Assembly: GCA_050575255.1 (NCBI GenBank)
Contig: JBNZDD010013654.1
Location: 1,145,718-1,209,717 of the forward strand
Source of the DNA: Harriotta raleighana
Lineage: Eukaryota
Reading direction: 5' to 3'
Length of the DNA stretch: 64,000 nt
The number at the start of each line of letters is the position of its first letter. Within the stretch, counting starts at the first letter, position 1. Shown piece by piece: positions 52,791 through 64,000 of the stretch. The translations under genes and the position numbers were made by a program. A model generated the notes under the pieces. It was not told where the DNA came from. It did no database searches and saw nothing but the letters and a program-made list of their open reading frames with translations.

Positions 52791-54611
52791 GACAAACACA
52801 GCTAAAACACTCTCGTGCATTAATAATGTGCATCATATCCCATACGCATGAATCTGTATGGGATATGAAGATGAAGTGGGTCGGCAGGATTGAACTGTAC
52901 TCCTTGCTCTGTGAGCTGATGTGGGCTCAATATTGCCTCTTTGTGTTCTGTAGATTTCTGTTTCTATGGCCCTTTCACTGTATCATTTTATCATTAGAAT
53001 TACAATCCGTGACAAATATTTACCATACTAGTCTGGTCTCTGCCAGCTGTACGATTTCAAAATGAAAGGAGTTTGAGGATTTTCTGCAGTATGACAACAC
53101 CAACACTTTGATGTACAAAGTGTGCTTCACACAGAATAATGTCTCAAAGCGTTTCACACGGATGGTGTGAGACTTAGCAAGGCGAAGGAAAAAGCAGAGA
53201 TTGGTGCAAATAACAATGCGGGCAATGTAATTTTGCTTGAGCTTGCGAATAGATGAACTAGGAAGAGCTACAAGGATTGTGTTAGAGAAGTTCAATTGGG
53301 AGCTCACAAACCTTTGGAGGGTTTCTTCAGCGTTTTGTACAATATGTTTTTTTTAAACTAAGGATTTCTTTCAATATACAGTAAACAGCTGATAGGTTGG
53401 GAACCCATTGAAAAGAATGACCTCTAAAAGGTAACATTTCTAATAGCTAAAAATAGCACCACAGCCACTAACCATAACTGTCATTCCCTAAAGACATTTG
53501 TAACTCCTGTTATGAACATCATGTTTTAGAATACAGTATATTTTATATCAGAAATGTCATTCATGAATTCTTCATTCAAGCCTGCCATTTTGATAATACC
53601 TCGCAAGAGTCTAACATATGTCCTTCATCAATAAACTGTATGAGCACATTGCCCGGGCAGGCCGTGTCTATTCGGTCACTGTAGGGAATGGGTTACTGCA
53701 TGTCAGTGAGCTTACTTTTAATATCATTTAGATTTTTATAAATACAATATCACAATAGTTGTATCAGTCGGGACCATAAGATTTAATATGATTGATGTGA
53801 AGTTGAAGTTGCAGGCAAACTGTATAAACAGTATCCAAACAAATTTGGTCAATAATCTACACCGTGCAAGCATAATTCAATGCAGCATGCGGTAGTTCGT
53901 CACTGTAGCTGGTAAGTGTGTATGCGGTGATGGAACAAGACTGCATTTCCCATGAATGAAAGCGTGCTGACCCATTACTGCTTCCACACTTACTGGCAAG
54001 CATGGAAATCCCAATGAATCCCGGAAAATTAAGTGTTTCTGCAACATGCATCGACAGATCAAAACAATGTTTCCCCAACTCAATTCAGCTGGTCAGCAAG
54101 TGAGCATGTGGTGATGGGTCAGGAAATAATTTTCTGTGTTTCGATGCAGCCAATAAATGCAGGAAAAATGGATGGTGCGAGATGTGGCATTAGAAGTTAG
54201 GATGTGATTAATATGTGTATTGCAAAAATATCTAGTGATTTTCATCAGAAACAGAATGGGCCTTGGGTGAATGTGTGATTTAGATGGTTGTACAGTTGAC
54301 AAAGATAAGACTTATTCGAGTTTTATTGTTTCACACCTTTTTTTATCTGTTTAAAAATGATCAATTCTATATTTATGGCCAATAATTGAAGTCTAAAGGT
54401 GTGACTATCGGTGGAAATTCTGGTATGGCTCTTCATTAATACTGGACTCAGCACAAGAATGTGCAGTATATTGGAATTGAAGGATTCAAGTTTTTATCCT
54501 ATAGAAATATTTCCATTTTTCCCCTTACTGTTCAGAAAGAAATTTTAAATGAATTATCTCTTCTAAAGGAATCAAGACTGAGAAATTCTTCATGAAGCAA
54601 CATTAATAATA

Positions 54612-55532
54612 CAGTTAACCCTTGTCAATCATGGGAGTTACATTCCTGGAAAACTGCGCACTCAACGAAATCGCATTGGAGAAGCTTAAAAAGTAATGGG
54701 AATAGGGGGGTTAGGGGAATCTAGTTGCAGACTACCCACCTCAAGCCTCTAGCACATCTGATGCAAGGAACCTACTGAGGCGGGCTACAGCTGGCTGGCC
54801 GCTCCTCGCTCCGCCCGCCTCTCCCCACTGTTGTTGCTCCCACCACCCCCCAAACATGCTGCTCTCGTCTCTCCTACCACCCGGAAGTGGGCAAATCAGG
54901 GCAGCCCGGGAAGGAGGCAGAGAGAAATCGGGGAGAGTGGCGGGTGGGCGGGGAGGAGGGAACAGAGAACCGCTCGGAGGTGGGGGGACTCGCTGAGGTG
55001 TGGGCCAGCGAGCTGATCGGAGGCGCGTGGGGACTCGCTGTGGTGCAAGCCGCTCGGAGAGTGCTGGGGATGGGAGACACAGAAAGGTAACAGCAGCTTT
55101 GTTATCGCTTTATTGCTAATATAAAGTGAAAACAAAGCAGTAAGGCAATAAAACAACATGGTAAATTAGCCTACATTGCTGTACGATTCCTGTCTCTCGC
55201 TCTATCTGTCTCTTGTTTACAATGCAACGCAATAAAATTCTCCGAGGCCAAAGCGTTATTCTATTTACCCAGAATGCATTGTGCGGGGCTTTGGCTTTAG
55301 TCGGGATCTGCCAGCCTCATCAAAAATGTGCATGCACACAGTACCAGCCAGCCGAGGAATCATCGGATTTAGTCGGGAGCTATAGGCATCTTCACACGAG
55401 CACATGCACGCGGGGTACAGCCAGCGCATATGCACAAGTTTTACGCACGCTGCACAAAAAAGTGTTGCTTTTGTTTCATCGCGTATACTTGAATTCGCAA
55501 TCGATAAAGTCACCTTTGACGAGGGTTAACTG
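54612..55532. mobile_element. Non-autonomous Tigger/MER2-like DNA transposon, family A copy 2
   Basis: TIRs CAGTTAACCCT...AGGGTTAACTG with TA flanks. Colinear with 3653-4457 but carries an extra internal block at about 55110-55290. Confidence 0.88.
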
Positions 55533-56787
55533 TACACATTAACAGGACACTTAGATTCCATTAGTACTCGTGTACAATGTACCAAATTAAATTCCTCCCT
55601 TTCTAGCCCTTTGTGTTGGAGTGCACTGTACTGATTATTAGTGTCAAGCACTAAAGTTAATGTTTGGTTTATGCCTGCAGCTGCACAACAAAAAAATCAC
55701 CATTTCAGATATTAAAATAATAATAATTACAATGCTTCATTATCTTGGCTGTGCATCTATCCATTTAAAATAGGGGCTGGAAGACGACATCAAATTAGCC
55801 GAACCTTGCTCATGCATTTCTCTCCCTCTCTTCCCCCACCCCACTCCAATCCAGGGTATAATATGATACATTTACCCCTGCTTCAAATTGTATTATCATT
55901 GAAATTCAATGCTGTCTCTGATTTGTCTCATGAAAATATATGCCATACTCCATGGCAACACAACAAATAAATGAGCAATTTTGATCTTTGTGCAATGAGG
56001 CACAATGTTATTAGACCCACACATAAGAAAGAGAAAATAACACTATTGCTTTGCTAAGATATTAGTATATTTGGACTCATTGATGGCTGAGAATGATTAC
56101 ATTCTCATTGATGTGTTCAGATAAATGATAAAAGCAAAGCAGACAATTTATCACAATCACCTGAACTCATTCACTCGTCTCCTGAAGGATGCACAAATGT
56201 GATGTTATCCCCACAAATTGACCAAAGATAACCTGTGGCTAATTACCAAAATAGAAAACTGCAGATCTTCTGAACAAATGCGTTATCATGGCTGCTTGTT
56301 TGAAAGCAAAGTGCATATTGCAATGTACAAGCACAATGATTACAGAACTCATTTCCACAAAGTAAAGCAGGTTCAGGTCAGCAGAGCCTCACTGGAATCT
56401 TCAGTGCAACAGTATAAAGTGTTCCTTGTGCATCCATTAGTACAAATAGCAAATGCTTTGTGCAGTATAACTGTCACCTTATTATCTTAAAACAGTTTAC
56501 AAGACTTTCATCTAAAAGGCAAGGCATGGTTAGAATTGAAGAAGCAGCATGCATTATTTCTAGCAACTGAACTTTCACCTTTCATAGAAAACACTGTCCT
56601 TTTCAACTAATAATTTAATGAATCTGGTGAAATCCAGTCTCACAATCTTGTCCCATTACTTAGCAGTCAACCATAATAGCCACCTTTATTAAAAAAGTAC
56701 CAAGTGCCAAGATAAAGAAGAACAATCACTGTATTTCATTGTGCAAAATGGTTTTGCTGTGATAAAGATACAGTAAACCACATATTA

Positions 56788-57310
56788 CAGTTAAAGCCCA
56801 TTTATCCATGACCCGATGAATTGGAAGACTCGCACGTCAAAAAAAAGTCCCCATCTGGTTAAGTTAAGTATGAAAAATAAAGTACTAACATAATATTCAG
56901 TTATTACAGTATCCATTATCAGGGTATTTAGTCTATTATTTATATGGTACAGTGTACAACATTTGCAATAAAATACCCATACAATATTCTGTTATTATCT
57001 GTTGTTATTTAATCTATTATTAACATGGTATGTGTTCAAATAATTTTTAATTTTAACTTTAAAAAAATGTTCAACCGGCAAACCGTTTAACCAGCATTGG
57101 ACAGATTCCGCGGGCGCCGGATAAACGGGCTTTTACTGTCNTAAAATACCCATACAATATTCTGTTATTATCTGTTGTTATTTAATCTATTGTTAACATG
57201 GTATGTGTTCAAATAATTTTTAATTTTAACTTAAAAAAATGTTCAACCGGCAAGCCGTTTAACCAGCATTGGCCAGATTCCGCGGGCGCCGGATAAACGG
57301 GCTTTTACTG
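56788..57310. mobile_element. Tc1/mariner-type MITE, family B, with 3' part duplicated across an N
   Basis: TA-CAGTTAAAGCCCATTTATCC...CGGATAAACGGGCTTTTACTG-TA; 56969-57138 is repeated at 57142-57310 after the N at 57141. Confidence 0.75.
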
Positions 57311-57749
57311 TAATTGATTTTGTTGTTAAACTCCTTACCAAGGAAACCACTTGTTCTCTTGTGAAAATGATACCAATTATTGATGGCCCTTTATTGGGCA
57401 TTCAGCAAATAAGGTAAACACATCTTAGTAGAATAGAGATATCTTTGACCAGAAAATGTATTGCATTTTCAATGTGCAAGAATATTCAAAGACCATCAAA
57501 TACAAACCTTCCGATTTCTCGCACAAGCTTGGAAACTCTCTTTAGTGATGAAGAAACATGCTCTGGAGGATGAAAGCCACAAGGCATCAAAGAGAAACTT
57601 TCCTGGATGTAATCATGTGCAAACAAACTACAGTAGTTTCTTGTACATTTTTTGTTAAAACTGGATTATTTCACAGACATATAATATCATCTAGAAAATT
57701 ATTTAAGATACTTAATAAAGCCATAGAGCATGGTGTAGTTAGTACTTAC

Positions 57750-57893
57750 TAGCCTGTCCAAGCTGGTGCCAGCCGCTGTAGTGGGAGACTCCTCGGGGCT
57801 GTAGACTCTAAACCGTAAGTTAAGGCCACCTGAGATGGAACGTCCTAGCCGCCCAGATGGTACTGGCTTGGGTTGACCACATCCTTGAAAAAC
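57750..57893 (-). CDS. GPC6: Glypican-6 coding exon (equivalent to human exon 6), 144 nt; absent from ORF track
   Basis: Read manually: [48 protein letters not shown]. Acceptor ttctacag, donor gtaagt, phase 0/0. Contains an RXXR (RLGR) convertase-type site at the glypican cleavage position. Confidence 0.95.
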
Positions 57894-58925
57894 CTGTAGA
57901 AATCAAATCAGAAGATGATTTTAAAATTATATTTTGTTTAGCCATGTGTCCAATACACATGGAAACCCATTCTTAAGAATATCTACACTAGATTGAGTTT
58001 CACAAATGCACACCACTACACATGGAGAGTGTATATTTTATACAATGGAATGTGTGCTCTCTTCCTAAATGGGATTCACACGCTTACTTATTTAGGTCAA
58101 AATTGTCAAGTTCCAAGGCTTGGCGATTCAAGATTGTATTTTGGGGTACACTGCTCTGATAAATTTTCAATCACTTGTTCTAAAGTCTTTCTCTGTGGTG
58201 AGTAAATGTGTGGAGAACAAGCCATTATAGGCTCTTATGGAAGCAGAAGTCATTTGGGCTGAATGGTCTTTTCCTATGTTTGTGTCTTCTTATCTGCTAC
58301 TATTTGGAGTTGCATTAGCATTTAAGCTGGCGTGAACAATTCTAAAACAAAACACATAGCAATGTGAGAAGGTAGAACACATAATTAGAAAACAAGCCAT
58401 CATCCATTTTAAAAAGGAAGTATTTTAGTTGATTGTCCTCACATGTCCTATATATACTGTAGTAGCAAATGTAGATCAAATCCATACTTTATTCAGATTC
58501 TATTTATTGGTTCAGCAATAAGAGACAGCAGCTAGAATAAAATCAATCTTTGTTGCCGATTGTCAAATTGCTTTGGAGCGTCCTCCTGATGTGAAAGGCG
58601 CTATACAAGTGTAATTTTGTTGTTGCTGTTGTTGTTGTCAAAACAGATTGGTCATTTGTTAAATAAATTGAAAGCTATAAAAGCAAAAGCAGTATTGCCA
58701 ACCCCCTGGCAATGCCTCTTACCCATCTCTATCCTCTTTTAAGCCCACTCCATCTGAGGCTAATTTACAGCACTCTCTGCTGCATTGGTAAGACAACAGC
58801 ATCAAACACACCCAAATAAAAACATTTTATTACATGTTTCTTACTCATAACAACATTCCAGAATGTAGTCACATGCCAGAATCACATGCCGTATCACATG
58901 CCAGAATGTAGTCACAAGCCTACTA

Positions 58926-59201
58926 CAGTAAAACCTTGTTTATCCGTGCCCCGATCAATCGGATTGCTCAACCCCCTCCCGGGGCAATTCCCCATTCCAG
59001 GAATCGCGAGTTTGCTCACTTTGCACATGCGTCAATGCATGTGCATGCGCACTTAGTGTATTATTAACATGGTATGTTTGAAAATAAGTTAATTTTTTAT
59101 GTTGGGTTTTCGGCAACTTGTCCCCCATTTTTCCAGCACAGTCAATTAGTCGACACCAACCCCCCACCCCCCGAGTGTGCCGGATAAACAAGGTTTTACT
59201 G
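58926..59201. mobile_element. Tc1/mariner-type MITE, family B (276 bp)
   Basis: Perfect 21-bp TIRs CAGTAAAACCTTGTTTATCCG / CGGATAAACAAGGTTTTACTG with TA duplication. Confidence 0.9.
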
Positions 59202-60003
59202 TATTTTTGAACAACCCATACCTAGCTGAGTTCTATACTATTGTGCAGAAGGCCCAAGACATCAGGAAGAACTCCAAAAATGTGTCGGATATAGAACAGT
59301 AAGAGCTTGAGGGGGAAGGTGATGGATGTCTCTTTTTGCTCTGGTTTCCTGCTGAAACCGCTGCCCAGGATAGACTAAATAACTTCAACAGCAGGCGGGG
59401 GAAACAAGAATCCACAACTTCAAAATTGTTTCTATTGTTTTGCATTTGTTCTAACATGTTCAATGTTGTCAGCCGGGCATAGTCTTGGTAACTGCTAAAA
59501 ACAATCAATAAATTGTCCAGATTACAATTCCATCTTTTTTCTTTGCAACTCCAGGTTTTCCTTACTTCCTGGTATCTCTTGCTGGGATTATTTCACCGAC
59601 AAGCCCTTGTAAATACGATTAAAGTTGTCTTGTCTGAAAAGTCTGAAGGATTAGAAGCAGCATTTAATCGAGGAGAATGATAAGGGCATCTTCCACTGCA
59701 GTTTGGTTAAGCCAATAGTGGAGAATATATTGGAACTTTGTACAGACACATTATTTGCAGTGTTACATTTTGATCAATTACAATTCATCCTTCTGGGTTA
59801 ATTTCACTCTTCTTTTGAGCCCCAACTCGTTGGAGTGAAAATTGCAACCCGGGATTTGTTAAATCACTTATTGTTATAAATTATACCCAGTTGTAAGCTA
59901 AAGACAACAATTTACATTTATGTAGCGCCTTTTATGTTGTGAGGAAACTTCCCACAGCTAACTGGGGGCAGGGAAGCTGAGGAATATTGGGGAGGTGGTG
60001 AGG

Positions 60004-60091
60004 ATATAAGATCAGCCATGATCTTATTGAATGGCGGAGCAGGCTCGAGGAGCCAAATGGCCTACAGCTGCTCCTAATTCTTATGTTCTTA
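60004..60091 (+). mobile_element. CR1-type (HER1/HE1-like) 3' tail typical of cartilaginous fish
   Basis: gatcagccatgatcttattgaatggcggagcaggctcgaggagccaaatggcctacagctgctcctaattcttatgttctta. Confidence 0.7.
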
Positions 60092-60582
60092 TAATAGGTG
60101 CCCAAAGTGCACTCAAAGACATTAGCTGGTCCACTGGTATAACACCATCAGCATCAAGGCCAAAATATTTGTGCCTAAAAGTGGCGCACATCACAAATGG
60201 AACTTTACAACTCTTTAGCTGGAACCCTGCCAGATGGCAGGACATCAACTCAAATTGCAGTACAATATATTGAACAAGACATACAATAAGATTGCCACCT
60301 GGCTTCATACCCAGCACCAGGATTGAGTTGGAGAGTGATCACCCCATGGATTAGCTGATGACATTGTAAGACAACTAAATGTGCAACCACATTTGTACTG
60401 AATGTTAAACACAGTACTCGTTTCGTTGCCAACTTTTTTCTTTGTGAATTTCTTGCTCCGATTTTTCTCCCCTCTTAGCTCAATACATCTTTGACGTATC
60501 AAGCCTTGACTCAACCAAAGGTCTCTAGCCTGGGATAATTAATTGGTAAAATACGTAGCAGATCAACTCTGGAAAAAAGGTT

Positions 60583-61350
60583 AACAACAACAATAACTTT
60601 GATTTCTATAGCGCCCTCCGCTCCAGATGGCGTCTCAGAACGCTTCACAATAGCGGATCCCGGGACCGTGCCAGGGCAGGGATAGAAAGGTGACCAAAGG
60701 CGCGGTCGAAGAGAAAGGTCTTCAGTTGGGACCTGAAACTGGGAAAAGAGGGGGCGAGGCGGAGGGTGAGGAAGGGAGTTCCAGAGCCTCGGAGCGTAGT
60801 GGCCGAAGGCATGGCCGCCGAGGGTGGAGCAGAGGATTTGGGGGACATGGAGGAGGTCAGACCCGGTGGAGTGAAGGCAACAGGTGCTGGTTTGAGGAGA
60901 GAGGAGGTCAGAGAGGTAGGGGGGTGCAGCGGTGTGGAGGGATTTGAAGACAAGGGTGAGGATCTTGAAATCGATCTTCTCGGGTACAGGAAGCCAGTGG
61001 AGGCTGGCAGGGACTGGGGTAATGGGGGAGCGAAGTTTGGTGCAGGTGAGAACGTGGGTGGCAGAGTTCTAAATCAGCTGGACTCTGTGGATTGTAGAGG
61101 TGGGAGACTGACAAGGAGGGCATTGAAATAGTCCAACCAAAAAGTGACAAAGGCGTGGACCAGGGTTTCAGCGGCTTTTGGGGTGAGGTACTACCGGAGA
61201 CGGGCGATCCGTCGGAGGTGGAAGGAGGCAGTGCTGGTGAGGGACCGGATGTGAGGGAGGAAGGACAGTTGGGGATCAAACCTGATACCTAGGTTGCGCA
61301 CAAGTTCGGAGAGTTTTAGGGGCAGACCGGGAAGGTGGAGGAGGTGAGAG
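60583..61350 (-). mobile_element. L2-clade LINE 3' fragment with intact tail
   Basis: ITPVPASLHWLPVPEKIDFKILTLVFKSLH motif; 3' end ...gagggcgctatagaaatcaaagttattgttgttgtt. Confidence 0.88.
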
Positions 61351-62046
61351 CCATGCAAATGGAGAGTTAAATATTAAATAAACTTCAGGGTCCACAATCT
61401 ACAATACCCTAATCATTTCCAAGTTAAAGGCATGGTTGTAGTAGTAAGCCTTTAGGTGGGAGTTGAAGACAGAGAGGGAGGAAATTCCAGAGATTAGGGG
61501 CATAGAGTGGAAGTCTAGGCAACTAAATGTTGTGTAGGAGTGCAATGCTGCTTACCATCACTATCACTCGCTAATCGTAAAAGAACATAATGCTTTTAAA
61601 ACACAGAAATCAGTATTTAGAACCATTGTTTTTTAATTCAGCTTCCACTTTTAAACATTTTTATCAAGTCAATTTCCCTTCATATTTAAGACATCAATGT
61701 TGTGACTGAATGGTATTCATGTATTTAACATCTGATCATTTTGGACAGAACAACAGTCTGACATATAGTTAGTTGTCTTGCATTGGTAGGCAACTCACCA
61801 CAATGTGTGAGCAAGTTACATAGCTTTTATCAGCTTGTGTACTGTTGACATCTGATGCATTTTTCTGTGGCAGAAACACAGAGGTGAACTCAGTAATCTA
61901 CTGTAAATTGTTTTCCAGAAGCTCTTCTTCAATACAGACACAATCACTTAGGAGCTTATTATGGGAGAGTAAGCCACAGCACCAGTTGGCTGACACTTTT
62001 ACTGATGCAGCTCCACAAAAGCAAAGATGATCGCCACAGAATATCA

Positions 62047-62310
<264 letters not shown>

Positions 62311-62547
62311 TCAAATGCACAGATTATTATTCCGGTAGTTTTATGGAACTCCAGGATATCAACAAACGACATTTTAATTTACAGTATTGAACTCTGGCCA
62401 GTTCAATTTTTGAAGACATCAGCCACATAAGTCTTTTCACCTTCTCTGTAGTACATGAACAGTTTAATTCTTATCATATTCAATTATGTTCTAAACCAAA
62501 AATGTTTTCGACTGAGTTGGGATTGTTTTACAATAGATTTAGACAAC

Positions 62548-62740
62548 AATAATAAAAATAATCATAATTCTTGCATTTGCTATAGCGCATTTCACATCTT
62601 CTAGATGTCTCAAAGCGCTTCACAGAATATACTGTAAAGTGAATTGACTGTATATTTGTGGGTGAAATGCAGCAACCAATTGTGCACAGCAGTGTCCCAT
62701 AAACAGTCATGGATTGAAATGACCAATTTATTATTGTGGG
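62548..62740 (-). mobile_element. SINE 3' half (same family as 28876)
   Basis: Reverse complement matches the 28876 SINE body and tail (aataaattggtcatttcaatccatgactg...gagacatctagaagatgtgaaatgcgctatagcaaatgcaag). Confidence 0.8.
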
Positions 62741-64000
62741 TTTGATGAAAAACCTGACCCATCAGCAGAACTTGGAAGGGCAGATCAGTCACCGGAGATA
62801 GGAACGCTTGAAACCATTTAGTCAATGAGCTGCTGTTAACCCTGCAAAGAAGGGTAGTCCTAGATGGACAAGCAGCAGGAAGGGTTGCCAAACAATGATA
62901 ACAATGGCAAGCTATCTAGTCTTTACTTGTTTAGACTTCAGCAATTATCCCAACGAACACTCTCGGTTCCTCAAGCCTTCGCTTTCGCTAATCTGTGCCT
63001 AATGCTGTCCAGAATTGGGTGAGCAGGATGTGTCTGCCTAGGGGGTGAGAGAGAGAGAGCATTCCACTCCAGACATAGGGAGATTTCCTTGCATGAGTGG
63101 CATAGGCTTTAAGCATGGTGATGAAGATTGTAGTGAAAAGTCTTGAGAAGTAACTGGCCGGGGAGGAGGTGGGGGACAAGGGCTCAGTCCTCGGGTACGA
63201 AGCAACATCCCAATAACTGCTTAAAATACAGAACAAATTCCAGAATAAGATGCCAAACTATCGCTAACAGCAGTCAAAGCTGCAAACCTGCGCATGACAA
63301 CTATACACTACATCAAACAGAAAATATTCATCTTAAAATTAATGAACTTGTCCAGTCTCTATTTACTTAAGAGATCTTCATGTAGGATAATGTATTGGAG
63401 CTCTGGTGATGTCAGAGTTAGACATCGAGCAAAGGGGGAGAGGAGGAAACTAGGCAATGATTGCCTAGTTTGAATTTTTAATGGGTTACCAACAGGCACA
63501 GANGCTCTGGTGATGTCAGAGTTAGACATCGAGCAAAGGGGGAGAGGAGGAAATTAGGCAATGATTGTCTAGTTTGAATTTTTAATGGGTTACCAACAGG
63601 CACAGACCTTTATTCACATGCTTTCCTTAGTGCTCTTTTCTCTCAATGTTTACATTCTACCGTCTTGAATTTGTTTGAGCAGCTCTTCACTGATTCTAAT
63701 TTACAAATAGATCACAATCTCACCATTGAATCAAATGACTCAACGCATCCATTATTAACATTTTCTCGAAGGGCTCACATCCACATATCCACTATTTTGA
63801 AGGGGGAAAAAATGCTCTCACCTCTCGCCTTACCTGATGATCATTCATTATACATTCTTGTAATCACACTTTAAAAAATACAAAATGTTGACATCAGGAA
63901 TATACATGCCTGTCATCCTTTTACAGAACTGGATAATCTTTATTCTCAAATCTTCTTGCATGCATTGAAAACAGGTTACGTTCTGTGACTTCCGCTAATA

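Overview
This is eukaryotic, AT-rich vertebrate genomic DNA. The SINE/L2/CR1/Penelope repeat landscape points to a cartilaginous fish, plausibly the elephant shark Callorhinchus milii (inference). The only protein-coding gene I can support is the 3' half of glypican-6 (GPC6) on the minus strand. Five coding exons, equivalent to human exons 5-9, lie at 62077-62207, 57750-57893 (not in the ORF track), 16380-16516, 15244-15419 and 12157-12353. All have canonical GT/AG sites and join in frame, ending in the Ser-Gly heparan-sulfate cluster and a GPI signal. Intron 6 is about 41 kb. The rest is intron, putative 3' UTR and downstream DNA filled with decayed mobile elements: Tc1/mariner-Tigger-like MITEs, a TTAA/AGGRR Kolobok/T2-type MITE, tRNA-Ala-derived and Deu-domain SINEs, L2 and CR1 LINE fragments, and a Penelope-like remnant with a degenerate minimal hammerhead ribozyme. 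Several duplications next to single N bases look like assembly artifacts. I found no clearly new biological system. The best second-look items are the sense-oriented intronic hammerhead, a candidate in-frame or poison micro-exon in intron 6, a perfect 33-bp palindrome, the GPC4-like segments of this GPC6, and an unclassified ancient repeat family.
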